Below, piece after piece: positions 1 to 13,430 of a stretch of 64,000 bases of DNA. The first letter of the stretch is position 1. Each line of letters begins with the position of its first letter. The notes beneath the pieces were generated by a model that ran no database searches, was not told the origin of the DNA, and saw nothing but the letters and a program-made list of their open reading frames with translations. Location of the stretch: the NCBI GenBank assembly GCA_951406725.2, contig OX597816.1:60946001-61010000 (forward strand), written 5' to 3'. The translations under genes and the position numbers were made by a program. This DNA is from Octopus vulgaris. Its lineage: Eukaryota.

Positions 1-345
1 CCCCTGGACTTATTCACTGTAAGCCTAGTACTTATTCTATCGGGCTCCTTTTACTGAATTGCTAAGTTACGGGGATGTAAACACATCAGCATCGGTTGTC
101 AAATGATGTTGGGGGGACAGACACAGACACGCAAACATATACACACACATACATATATAGATACATATATATACATATATATATATATATACATATATAC
201 GACAGGCTTCTTTCAGTTTCTGTCTACCAAATCCACTCACAAGGCTTTGGTCGGCCCGAGGCTATAGTAGAAGGCACTTGCAGTGGGACTGAACCCAGAA
301 GTGGGACTGAACCCAAGCAACTTACCACACAGCCACTCCTACACC
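1..345 (-). mobile_element. SINE family A (tRNA-derived, central microsatellite), cut by window edge
   Basis: Reverse complement of the family-A consensus with head ggcgcaggagtggctgtgtggtaag; central (CA)/(TA) tract. Confidence 0.9.
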
Positions 346-849
346 TAATATTAATATACTAGAATTTTAATTTTCATACTACAATGTAAAGAGAGTTTTA
401 ATGTTTATATTACACACCCATAACCCACTCATTCTCCTTTAATTACAAGAGATCCTCTGCATTTACTGCCCAAGCTTATTGCTATTCAATATCACCCTTA
501 TTACACATACCTCCAATTGTCTACCTTTTGTACAGAGAAAAAAATCCTTTGTTATAAACAAATGTGGCAATTTGTTAAGCCGCTTCCTCCCACTTTCAAC
601 CAAATACGTTATTACAGACAGTAATTATGTCCCTAATGTTATAAATTAGTTATTACTTCTGTTCATGTTGTTAGTTTATCAAGTGAACATAAAGGTCGGC
701 TTTCTAGCCAAACAGTCATAAAACTTTTCCATTGATAAATACAGCACTAAGTTCCTAACTATTCCCTTCCTGAAGACTATGCCAGGTTACTTTTCTATTA
801 CTATCCTATCTATTGCTATTAACAAGTTAGTGTTTTAGTATTAGTAGAG

Positions 850-1062
850 CACAGAACTCAGTAGAGCAAAGAACATGTTACCTTGTGGTAGTTGATTATG
901 TCACTTTACACTCCGAGTTCAAATTCTCTCTAGTTTGACTTCATCTTTAATCCCCAAAGGTCAGTAAAATATATGTTAGTCAAGTTGTGAGGTTGATATA
1001 ATCAACTATATACTTAAGGTCAGTGTTACGGTATGGCCACAGTCAAATGACTGATACCAGTT
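850..1062 (+). mobile_element. Old chimeric SINE: family-B-like head with family-A tail
   Basis: B box gagttcaaattc at ~915, degenerate B body, then the A tail atggccacagtcaaatgactga. Confidence 0.55.
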
Positions 1063-1699
1063 TATTCAAATTTATACTTTACAGCTTTCTAGATTACCTT
1101 ATCTAAATAGTAATACAACACTTCAATGCAATTCTCCAACTATTTTAAAATACACATTTGGTTGGAGAGTAATAAAAGAGAGAGAAATGAGAAGAATGAG
1201 GGGAAAAAAGGAGAATTATTGATATATCAACATCCAGACAACTGGAAGGAGAAAAATTTCAACAAAAGCTTGCTTGACACCAGAAGAGAAAGTAACCCGC
1301 TATCAACATGAGATTTTCAAAAACAACCTGCTCAGAAATGTTATTTCTAGACACAAAGAAAGCTTGTGTGGCAGGTAGACACTCTTTAATAAGAGATGGC
1401 AGAGTGAAAGAAACTCTGAAGTTCAGTAATTGACCAGAACTATGACTAGCACTAGGTCATTTTCACTGAAATATAAGTGACATAAATATTTTGTTTGTTG
1501 AGATTAGGTAAAATGCATTATTAATTACAAATTCTTACAATGTGTCTTGCTTCATTAGCTTATCTAAACTGACACAGTATGTCAATGCAGTTCTTCTAAG
1601 ATAGAGAGGAGACTCAGATTCCACATAACCAAGATGCACAGGTACAAATGCACTTCTGGATATGTTACAGTACTTGAGATGGTGGAGTAAGCATGTTGT

Positions 1700-3325
1700 T
1701 GGCAAAGAAATGGGTAGATTACTTAACTGAGGTGGTGCAATTATGCAGCACAATAATTAAGCTTAGACAGTCATAGACAACAACAGTGATTGCTGCATAT
1801 GCAGGACAACTAGAACAGAGAGATGAGTAAAAGGACCGTTTCCATGAGGTCTTCTAATAGATTACTTTGATAACAAATGACAGCTGATCACCTTGATAGG
1901 TGACTTTAAAGGTCATGCTGGGCTACAACACAATAGTTATTTTGATATATACTAATGCTATTGTGGAAGGAAAAGTGATCAAAGCTCTTGAAGGTCTGTG
2001 ATGCAAATGGCCAAACCATATGCAACATTACAATAACCCAGCCAGTTACCTGATCACCTATCACTCAGGTGAGCACACAGGCCAAATATATTTTATATTC
2101 ATCAGACAATGAGACAGATTGTAAATATTAAATTGCTTCCCAAGTAAAGAAAATACTATTCACTATAGGCTAGCGACTGTGAATGTAACTAAGATCTTCA
2201 TAGACTGAAAGATACAAAATAATCTGGAAAAAAAGGTATGGAAGCTGAAACACATTTTGGCCAGATGTAGATTCAAAAATGCACAAAGTGATACATGTCA
2301 CAGAGGAGAAAAAGATGGAAGACAACTGGTAGTTTATACATGATAACTTGATGCTTGTCATAAACCAAATCTCTGAATGGAACTAGTCTGCAGCCAGATA
2401 GGTCACTTGCTTGTAGAATAGCACAGTAAAGTAGAACCAGAAAAGTTAGGTGACAGGCTTTAGAAAGTATAGTAGAAAGAGGGAAATGAAGAACAACAGA
2501 ACACAGACATCAAGAATGCATAACAAAAAGAGAGATGGAAAGTAATAGGTTTACTAATATTCAGTGATATGAGAATCAGAGGCATGAGATATTCCAGATA
2601 GTAAAGTAGTGAGTCAGTATGAGTCAGGATATCATTGGTGATAAGTGAACATGGAGTGATATCAATGCACCTGTCCTCACTCATGCTGAGATGATGAAGG
2701 TATGGAAACGATACTATGACAAGTTGCTGACTGACAATGAACAAATGAGCTGAGTATAGAACTCGTCTGAGTTCTGAGTTCAAATTCCGCCGAGGTCGAC
2801 TTTGCCTTTAAATAAGTACCTATTTCTTTACTACCCACAAGAGGCTAAACAGAGAGGGGACAAACAAATTAAGTCGATTATATCGACCCCAGTGCGTAAC
2901 TGGTACTTATTTAATCGACCCCGAAAGGATGAAAGGCTAAGTCAACCTACGATTAAATAAGTACCAGTTACGCACTGGGATCGATATAATCGACTTAATC
3001 CGTTTGTTTGTCCTTGTTTGTACTCTCTGTGTTTAGCCCCTTGTGGGTAGTAAAGAAATAGGTATAAAAGTAATCAGGTGTAGCATGTAAGAGAGAAGCC
3101 AAAGCTGCTATGGTCATTGGAAGCATATGGAAGCTAACAGTTGAATACAGAAGTGTCAAGTGATGCAGATGGAAAGAAACAAATGAAGATAAAAAAATTG
3201 TGACATGATCTCAGAAAGCTGAACCTCATGAGAAAGGGATACAACAGTGAGACACTGTTGAAGTAAAGACTGGTTCAAGCTATGCAAGAATGGGAAAATA
3301 ATGATAATAATGATTATGATGATGC
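1700..3325 (+). mobile_element. Highly decayed RTE-clade LINE remnant (APE endonuclease part and 3' end), interrupted by SINE-B
   Basis: Motifs AY..Q (1793), GDFKGHAG (1899), LITYHSG..TGQIYFI (2050), KKVWKLK; 3' end gctatgcaagaatgggaaaa(tga)n resembles the tail of element D. Confidence 0.55.
2765..3065. mobile_element. Rearranged SINE-B with an internally inverted unit
   Basis: + head fragment gagttcaaattccgccgaggtcgac, then a - strand unit (2817-2948), then a + strand 3' half ending gtaaagaaataggtat. Confidence 0.85.
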
Positions 3326-6300
3326 ATATGTGTTTGAATGTATTGGTATAGAATGGTACGTTAAGTTGCATCTCTTTATTCTAAGTAACTTAGTCACTTG
3401 CTAAACAGAATTTAATCAAATAAGTACTAGTCAATATGAATGAATAAAATCTGTCAAGGCAGTGTCCCAGTATGGTTGCAATCCAATGATTGAAACCAGT
3501 AACAGAATATGAGGATATAAAATTAGGACATGAAGAACATTCACACAACTATATGTGCTAAAAGAAACAAAATCTATTAACTCACAATTCTGTAATTATC
3601 TACAAGAGAACAAATTTAATCTGATTCATTTCTTTTTCATTAGTCCACACTTATTTTCTCTCTCTTTTCTTTTTTTTTTTTTTTGCAAATATCCAAATAT
3701 AAAATTAGCCCTCAATTAACTACAATAATTACAATAAAAATAATTGTCTTAGGGCAACAATTTTTTAATGAAAGTCATTAAAATAAGTCTATTCTTCCAG
3801 CCCTTGACATAAAATAATTAAATACTAGACATTAAAAAATATTTATTTATACCAAAAAGTCAATTTTGATATAAACAACAATATCTTTCAATAAGAAGCA
3901 TGTATTAGATAAAGATAAAAGAAAATCCTTTGATTTCAGCATAGCAAGACATTGGACATAGAAAATTAGATTTATGATAATTTCAATACTTGGTGGCTAC
4001 AGTGAATTTATGTGAATTTTGTGCAGTGGTAGTTGAGGTAAATGAAAAATTACAAAGAACAAAACTTACAATGGAAATTCTATTTATAGAACATACTAAA
4101 TATAGACATTTTATTAGTGATCATTCCTCAGTATATTTCATTTTAGAATATAAAATATAAATAGATCAGTTGGAATATAAATAAAATTTGATATAATTAT
4201 TGTAAAGCAAATTTATTTGAAATGCTTTGTAATATGTCTAGTATGTTGGCAAGGAACTGGTGCATATCATTTCTTTCAAGTTTTATTAGTTGTTCGTTAG
4301 TGATGGCGTTTTTTTTTTTTTACATGTTAGTCTGTCCAAGGATGTGGGGAAGTGCACATGACTTTTGCAGACCCTCCTAATAATACAGCTGTTTAGTTTG
4401 AATCTCTACAGAACAATACATGTAACTAGATGTCTGCTTAAAAACAGAGTTCTACAAATTTGAGGTGGTAGGGATAAAAGTTTGGCTACAGGAAAGGAAC
4501 TAAGATGAGGTAATGTAATATAAAATGGATGATGAGATAAGAAGTGGTGAGTGAACCTGATGGTAGTGGTAGTAGTAGTAGTAGTAGCACACAACTTGCT
4601 AGTCCTGAGTTTCAGGAACTTTCAGAATATTAGTAGAAAAGACAGCTACAGAAGATACAGAATGACAAATAATTTTTATTTCAAAGGTGCTTCTAATAGC
4701 TACAATAGAAGAACCTCAACAAAAAGATCTGAAGCTTATAAAGTGTATGAGCTTATAAGATGAAACTGAATTTTGGCAAGTTCTTTCTTAAACCACCATT
4801 TGTTTCTAACCTAAACTCTAACCTGGTGTTTATAAGAGGTAGGTTGATTTTTCAGGGATTAGTAGGGGTAGAGTGAGCACCTTATAAGAAACGAAACATA
4901 GCACTTTTATGGACAATAAACATCTGAATGGTTGAAAGCAGTATTTTTGCTCTAAAACATCTCAAGTCCTTCAATACATATTATTAGAATTAAAGGATTC
5001 AGTTGACTTACTTTATGACATTATCTTTGGTTTCTAGAAAGAAGTGACCTATGAAATATGGCCTCAGGTTCAAATAGCAGACAGTAACTAGCATTAATAA
5101 AGATAACTAGAAGAACAAAGGAAAATCATTAGAATGAAACACAAATTCTTTCTGTGCAATCACATAAATCTAATAAGTTACATCTGAGAGAAATAGTTTG
5201 TAAGTGGAATGTATTTCATATGATGTCTAATAGCTGACTGTTAATATTGTAAGAAGTGTCTTTCTGAGAAATTCCAGGGAAGATATCTATTATACTCTCA
5301 ATACAAATGACACATAATGAAATAAAATCCAGGAGTAATTCAGGTTAAGTCTGAACAGAATTGTAATTGATATCTAAATATTTAATTAATATCTAGGACA
5401 GTCATGAGGCAGAAAAAATACTTGGAAGTCAATATATCTAATGCTGTGCAGGAAGGAAGGAGAAGTCGATGTTTTGGACAGTGGTGCTTTGTTAAGACAG
5501 AGAAAAGAAAGAAAAATGTTGAAACAAATGGTATATAATATGTGGAATAAAATAAGTTTTTCAGAGATTCTAGGTGATTTTAGTGACAGAAATTTTTAAA
5601 TATTTCTAATGCCAATAAAGTTGAAAATTCTGTCAACCATTATTACTCACAGCACATTATTTCTGGCATTACAACAGCCTAACACATGTTAAAAAAAAAA
5701 AAAAAATTGTCTCCAAAATCCATCTGCCATATAACGAAAAATTTTCATTCAAGATTTTTTTCTTTCTTATCACTAAAATTTTTATTTATGGAGTGAGCTG
5801 ATAGACTCATTAACATGCCAGACAAAATGCTTTATAGCCTTGTGCCTATAGAAGAAAGAATTATTATTAGCATCTCCATTGAATTTTTGAAAACTGAGTT
5901 TTCAAATAATGTCTGTATGTATGATAATTCTCCTCCAGGCCTCTTTTTTTTTTTTTAACTATCGCAATAATTTCCGTCTTGATTGGATACTGACCCTCTG
6001 TAAAGCTCAAGTGTAACCTACATTCTAATACTGCTTACATAAGAGTGACTATGATGCTAATAGACATACACTAGATTGCATCCTAAATAACATCTCAGTT
6101 GATTAGCAAACACTTCTTCAACTTCCACCCAACTCCCACACCACCCTTATTGTGTCTTTTCCACTGCTACTTTAATAGTTTCTGTCCCTCTTAACAAACA
6201 AGCTGTACATCACATCAACCAAGTCTTCCTGATGCAAATGCATCCCCCCATAATGTCATCCTTTCTATATCTCATTCTCCCCACCCCACCCCCCAACTTC

Positions 6301-7627
6301 ATACTAAACATTTCCCTCTCAATCCTTTCACCCCAGAACTTCAACTCTCTGAACTCCCACCCAACCCACATTTTTATTACTAACATCAACCAACAGAAGT
6401 TCAACCTAAATATCAACCACACTGACCTCACCAGTTTGGGAGGACCTGCAAATGTCATGGCCAGTACTCTCCTTCTTTCAACTAAATATTAACAAAAAAT
6501 TACTCATACAAAAACAATGTCAAATCATTTGACTGGCCAATACTAAAATGATCTTGCTTTGAATATCTTTGGAATCAAATCTAATTCAAGAAAGCCCAAA
6601 ACATGCAAGTCTTCCACATATCTTCACCACCAATAAACTGCTAAATAATTTGAAAATTGCAATGCAGTACCAAAGTCAATAGAAAAATTTAGAAGAAAAG
6701 TATTTTAAACATAAGGTAATTTACCAGAGAGAAAAGGCCAAATCATAATTTATGGCTGAACTATCAAGGGTTCTACTCCATATTTGAATTGATCTTCATA
6801 ATTTATCATTACAATAATTCTAGATGTCATATCCAACATCTGTAAATCTCAGTTGTAAATAAGAGTGATTTTAGTATCCCATAGTAATTTTTATTTTCAA
6901 TCTTATTTTTATTCAATATCTAAAAAGATCAATCAAAATATGACAGCAGCCTTCATATAAGATAATGTGAGGGAAAACTTCTCCCTAGCTGCTCAGCATT
7001 CTAAAAATAGTAGCCAAATCTCTTACAAATAACAAATGACTATCTTGAACATAAGAACACATTGAATAATATAGGCCCGAAGACATCATGTCTGAAAAAA
7101 GATGAAACTATTTTATTTTATCAATGATATGCTTGATTAGAGCTAAGCTGGAATTAATTATAGCACCATCTTCTGACACCATAAAGGGCATCTGGTCAGG
7201 AGTATATTGAAACTTATTTGTGCTTTTTTTTATTAAAGCACTACAAAAGACAAACTTATTCAAAATTTAAATTACTATTGATCTAAACATATTCAAATAG
7301 TTATCAACATCTATTCAATCAATTTGGAATTTATTTCAAGCACAATGACCCTTCTCCTCAAACGCTACACAAAACATAATAAAATATTGACAAAATATTT
7401 TTTTATCTTGTACAAATATACATTTGAATTAAGCAACAGAAGCAACTCTAGTTTAAAATCATTATCTATATGGCCTACTTAACATCAGAGGTCACCACAG
7501 TACTACAGTGGTCATCTCTTACATTTACAAAGGGCATTTTCCAAAGATGATCACTGCAGCCACTATTTTTCGGTGACATACATATGTTAAAAGTGTCATA
7601 AAAACAATATATATATGTCTTTTATTT

Positions 7628-7830
7628 TTTCTCTGTTACTAATTTCAGTCGATAGATTGTGGCCATTGTGAAGCACCAGCTTGAAGAATTTTTAGTTGAA
7701 TGAATTGACCACATTGCTTTCTTTTTTAAGCCTGGTACTTATTCTATCATTCACTTTTGCTGAACTGCTAAGTTATAAGGACATATAAACGCACCAACAC
7801 TGGTTGTCAAGCAGTGGAGGAGGAACACAC

Positions 7831-7875
<45 letters not shown>

Positions 7876-8227
7876 GCGGACGTTAAACGATGATGATGAT
7901 ATATATATATATATATGGAGGCACAATGGCCCAGTGGTTAGGGTAGCAGACTCGCAGTCGGAGGATTGCAGTTTCAGTTCCCAGACTGGGCGTTGTGTGT
8001 TTATTGAGCGAAAACACCTAAAGCTCCACGAGGCTCCGGCAGGGGGTGGTGGCGACCCCTGTTGTACTCTTTCACCCCAATTTTCTCTCACTCTTTCTTC
8101 CCGTTTCTTGAGTAACGCTGTGATGGACTGGCGTCCTGTCCAGCTGGGGAGAACACATACACCACAGAAACCAGGAAACCGGGCACATGAGCCTGACTAG
8201 GCTTGAAAAGGGCGCATAAATAAAAAA

Positions 8228-8292
<65 letters not shown>

Positions 8293-8462
8293 TACATACA
8301 TACGTCGGGCTCCTTTCAGTTTCTGTGAACTAAATCCACTCACAAGACTTTGGTTAACTCAAAGCTATGGTAGAAGATATTTGCCCAAGGTGCCACGCAG
8401 TTGGACTGAACCAGGAACCATGTGGTTGGGAAGCAAGCTTCATACCACACAGCCACACCAGT
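7628..8462 (-). mobile_element. SINE-A (older) split at its microsatellite by a D-tail fragment and SINE-C
   Basis: 3' half 7628-7830 and 5' half 8300-8462 match A on the - strand. Confidence 0.8.
7917..8225 (+). mobile_element. SINE family C (tRNA head, V-domain-like block)
   Basis: A box tggcccagtggttagg, B box gtttcagttccc, block gatggactggcgtcctgtccag; second copy at 48352-48660. Confidence 0.85.
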
Positions 8463-9066
8463 ACCGATGATGTTGATATACACAAACACACATATTTGAC
8501 ACAGATATATGGAAGCTTTAAGATTAGGGTGCATAACTACTGATTTATGATCAAGAACTTCATCTTTAATGTTACTACATATTTTGCACTGTAACAGAAA
8601 TAATCCTGCTTTAACAAGTTTACAAGAAGGACAAAGCTCTCCTGTTTTACAAGAGAATTGCAAGTATTTATGCAAATGTCATGATTTGTAAATACCATTC
8701 CATAAATTCATGTATGGAAATTACCCAAGTATCTCTACATCAACATGCAAACATTAACAGTAACGAAAAAATGATAAAATATAGTAAATATAAAATAAGA
8801 CTGTGCTGAATATCAATTTTATAATTCATGAATGCTGGATCAAGATTCATGCAATTTAAGCTTTATATTTTCATGCTCAGTCTGAAATAATCTGCGAGCT
8901 CCAAAGAGAAGAACCAAGTCTTCATACTGAAGTAGCTATGTTGTGAACATGAACCGTCTACAATGTGGTGAATCGTGATATGCGAGAAAAAGATCTCCTT
9001 CCATAATGTTTATTCTTGAGGAGTAAAATGAAGAAATGGTAATGTGAATCTAATATATTTATCTCC

Positions 9067-9446
9067 AGTGGCTGTGTGGTAAGTAGCTTGCTAACCAACC
9101 ACATGGTTCCGGGTTCAGTCCCACTGCGTGGCATCTTGGGCAAGTGTCTTCTGCTATAGCCCCGGGCCGACCAATGCCTTGTGAGTGGATTTGGTAGACG
9201 GAAACTGAAAGAAGCCTGTCGTATATATGTATGTGTGTGTGTGTGTTTGTGTGTCTGTGTTTGTCCCCCTAGCATTGCTTGACAACCGATGCTGGTGTGT
9301 TTACGTCCCCGTCACTTAGCGGTTCAGCAAAAGAGACCGATAGAATAAGTACTGGGCTTACAAAGAATAAGTCCCAGGGTCGATTTGCTCGACTAAAAGG
9401 CAGTGCTCCAGCATGGCCGCAGTCAAATGACTGAAACAAGTAAAAA
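9067..9446 (+). mobile_element. SINE-A
   Basis: A box gtggctgtgtggt, B box ggttcagtccc, CORE-like cttgggcaagt, tail gactgaaacaagtaaaa. Confidence 0.95.
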
Positions 9447-10146
9447 AAATTTTTTTTTAAATAATGTTATACAATTATTATGAATTATAAGTTGAGTACA
9501 TTTTCTTATCTAGTGCAACTTACTCCTCTTCAGATAAACAGTTGAAGTGTTTTATAGACTAGTGATACAAATACCTTACGGATCAAGTAAGTTCATTTTA
9601 ATTTAGTCAATGTTCTTAATGCCTTAATGGTCTTAATGTTAAATCCATCAGAGTTGCTTGGGCAATACTGAGCCATGATTCAGCTATGACCAGGGTGTCT
9701 TTCTTTTTCAATATATCTAGAACTATATTAACTTATTTCCTTTCTTTTTAAGACAGTGTGATTGGAGGGAGATTTGGCTGCTGTTTCTAAAAGATCATGC
9801 AATCATGTAAAAGCTCCCTTTTAGAACAATGTGCACACTGTTAGGACTCAAACCATAAACTTATATCACTTGCTGGGCAACGACTACCTTCAGTATTATA
9901 TAGGTGAAAAAAAGAAACGGATATCCTTTAAATTTTGTTGAGTAATGTTTGGGGTCAATAACTCTGAACTTGATAAGATAGTTATTTGACACAATGACTG
10001 TCTGAACTTATGGTCTCTGTGAAACTGGCTGCTGATATGAAGTCAGTTTGTTGATTGTAATGATATAAAGAGACATCTGGGAGATAGACCTTGTTGAAAG
10101 AATTCTTCAGCACTGATAATTCTTTATGAGAAGCACATGAATGACT

Positions 10147-10179
<33 letters not shown>

Positions 10180-10185
10180 TCGCTA

Positions 10186-10216
<31 letters not shown>

Positions 10217-10984
10217 GAGAGAGAGAGAGAGATAGATAGATAGATAGATATACACACATACACATACATAGCTGTGCTTGTGTGTGTGTGCTTGTGTTTC
10301 TGGTGAGTGTGATAATCAGAATAGTTAGATAAGGAAATCTGTGTTAGAATTTTAGTTCTTTAGTAAAGTTAGAATTTAGCTGGTTGGTCTGGTCACCATA
10401 TGTTCATTCATTAGTTTATCATTTTTAATAGTTTAGTTTGAGGAGGTAAGAGAGATAAGTTAATTCCTTCCACCAGTCAGAGAGGCCTTTCAAAGACTTC
10501 TGTGACTTGTGGAAAAATAATAGCAGTTATCCTCATACCAAAGACTTAACCCAAATGCTTGCATCAAAGTGAACTCCGCTAAAGGTACCCAAAGAGCCAG
10601 GTGATTGTTTAAACCAAACAAGAGATTAAATCTACCATCCAAATAACAGAATGATTCTCTGATACACTTCTACAGTTTCTATCAATTAAATTTCACTCAA
10701 AGCTTTGACTGATCATAAGTTGGGTCTAAAATACTTGCTGAATGTTCTGCAAAGTAAAATTGAATCGAAAAGCAAACTTCTTTAGCCACACAACTGTACC
10801 TATGCCCAAATACCAACAACAATAGATCAAAATTAATCCTCTTCTAGAATTCTATCTTTTTGAACATAGGGGTAATTCAAAAGGTATTTTTCAGTTAGTT
10901 TCCTAGAAATTTGTTCAATTTTTATTCGATGCCAAAGAACAACAGAGCAGATATTTAATGAATTATACCACTAGTCTATGTTTA

Positions 10985-11250
10985 GCCAAGTGTTTAGGGT
11001 ATTACATTCACAATTGTAATCTCAATTCCTGGATAAGGCAATGTGTTGTGTTCTTGAGCGAAACACTTCATCTCCCATTACTCTGCAAGCACTTTGACAT
11101 CTGATGTGGTAATGTCAATTTGATGGAGGGAGTGAGCTAATATAGAACACAAACATTTGATCATTTTAAATAAATCATCTGCCCAGGTTGCTCAGCAAGA
11201 AACTGCAGAACCCTCATCTGTTGTCTATGACAGGAAAGTCCACATGTCTA
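10985..11250 (+). mobile_element. Old tRNA-SINE with C-like head
   Basis: gtgttgtgttcttgagcgaaacact resembles the family-C post-tRNA block. Confidence 0.45.
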
Positions 11251-11362
11251 TGGAAGAGTCTATTAAAATACTTTAAGTAGGTTCTGCACTCTTCCAGATT
11301 TCAAAGACAAATTAAAGCTTTCCTATTTGAACAGTTTTCAAAATTTGAAATACCTTTTCTTT

Positions 11363-11521
11363 AGTGGCTGTGTGGTAAGTAGCTTGCTTACGAACCACGT
11401 GGTTCCGGGTTCAGTCCTGGCATGGCACCTTGGGTAAGTGTCTTCTACTATAGCCTTGGGCCGACCAAAGCTTTGTGAGTGGATTTGGTAGACGGAAACT
11501 GAAAGAAGCCCATCATATATA

Positions 11522-11577
<56 letters not shown>

Positions 11578-11793
11578 CGTTTGTGTGTCTGTGTTTGTTC
11601 CCCCCAACATTGCTTGACAACTGATGCTGGTGTGTTTACGTCCCTGTAACTTAGCGGTTCGGCAAAAGCAACCGATAGAATAAGTACCAGGCTTACAAAG
11701 AATAAGTCCTGGGGTTGATTTGCTCAACTAAAGGCGGTGCTCCAGAATGGCCACAGTCAAATGATTGAAACAAGTAAAAGAGAGAGTAAAGAG
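11363..11793 (+). mobile_element. SINE-A
   Basis: Full family-A consensus with a central (TA)/(TG) tract. Confidence 0.95.
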
Positions 11794-12066
11794 AACTATC
11801 CAGGATTTTCATAGCATACTCAGATTGGGTGACAAAGTAGTATCTGCACCACAACAACACTATTTTCACCGATACTAATGAGAAAGCCTCTACATGGTCG
11901 TTCAACCTACCAGAATTGATACTCGAAATTCCTTCAAATTGAATCCCCAGCACCTCAAACAAGGAAGACATGATGAACAATGTAGTTGTAAATACAACAA
12001 ACAATGATATGAGCTGGTCTTAGCTGGAATGCTTTTGACTATAGATTGTCCAACAAAGAAGGAAAA

Positions 12067-12225
12067 TCATCATCATCATCATCATCGTTTAACATCCGCT
12101 TTCCATGCTAGCATGGGTTGGACAATTTTGACTGAGGGCTAGTGAACCAGATGGCTGCACCAGGCTCCAATCTTGATTTGGCAGAGTTTCTACAGCTGGA
12201 TGCCCTTCCTAACACCAACCACTCA
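12067..12225 (-). mobile_element. Element D 3' fragment (RTE-like tail)
   Basis: Reverse complement of tggttggcgttaggaagggcatccagctgtag...ccaacccatgctagc..gttaaacg(atg)n seen at 16600-16748. Confidence 0.85.
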
Positions 12226-13061
12226 GAAAATGGACACATAAAATGAAAACCAACAAATATTTACTCATACAGGCTAAACAACAACAAACTAATCTGTACC
12301 AATTTACCTACCTTCTGTATGATTTTGATTTCTGACATTGGCATAAGGCCACAAATTTGGTGGAGGAGGGTACAGGGGATTAAACTGATCCTAGTAATTG
12401 ACTAATATTCGAACTCGTGTGCATAAAAAGCAAAGTTTACTGCAATGTGGTTCAAAGTCAAAACATAAACGGTTTTGTAACTAAACGCTGCAAGACATTT
12501 CGTCTGAGGCCCTAATGTTTCTGCAAATCCACCACCCTTGCCTTAATCATAACATTAAGTAATAACTTAATCACTTTATTGCCCTATAATGAGGTATCGT
12601 TCACTGATGGTGTAAGGAGTAGTAGTAGTAGTAGTAGTAGCAAGAGAGAGAGACATTGTTAGAGTAAAAGGATGATGGATGGGTAAATAAAGACAGACCA
12701 ACAGAAACATTGAGATAGAGAGAGAGAGAGATTGCTAGAGGAGAATAAAAGGATGATAGAAAAGTATATAATAGAGATAGAGAGAGAGAGAGAAATTTGA
12801 TAGAAGGAAGTATAAGAATAGTGGAGCAGTATATAAAGAAGAGAGACATTGTTAGTGAGAAAGGGAGCGGGGTGCAGACAGATATTGTTGGAGGTGGGGC
12901 AAAAGGATGGTGGGAGTTCTATAAAATGATATAGAGATAAGTCAAACAGCATTGAGGGAGACATGATTTATCAAATTTAAGATGAAAAATGAGTTAGGTT
13001 AGACTGTGAGGATGACAGTTGCTTTTGGGGATAAACTATATAACTATTTGTGAACAAAATA

Positions 13062-13430
13062 GGCGCAGGAGTGGCTGTGTGGTAAGTAGCTTGCTTACAA
13101 ACCACATGGTTCCGGGTTCAGTCCCACTGCGTGGCACCTTGGGCAAGTGTCTTCTACTATAGCCTTGGCCTGATCAAAGCCTTGTGAGTGGATTTGGTAG
13201 ATGGAAACTGAAAGAAGCCTGTAGTATATATGTATATATATATATATGTGTGTGTGCATATGTTTGTGTGTCTGTGTTTACGTCTCCGTAACTTAGCGGT
13301 TCAGCAAAAGAGACCGATAGAATAAGTACTGGGCTTACAAAGAATAAGTCCTGGGGTCGATTTGCTCAACTAAAGGCAGTGCTCCAGCATGGCTGCAGTC
13401 AAATGACTGAAACAAGTAAAAGAGTAAAAA
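13062..13430 (+). mobile_element. SINE-A (short internal deletion, CpG-decayed)
   Basis: Family-A consensus from ggcgcaggagtgg to aagtaaaagagtaaaa. Confidence 0.95.

Noticed and set aside
8340-9050. Cys-rich ORF / possible coding exon
   Set aside because: Half is SINE-derived; the rest has in-frame stops, no recognisable domain and no clear splice pair.
13062-13135. tRNA genes at SINE heads
   Set aside because: A/B boxes are present but there is no complete cloverleaf, and each continues into a SINE body.
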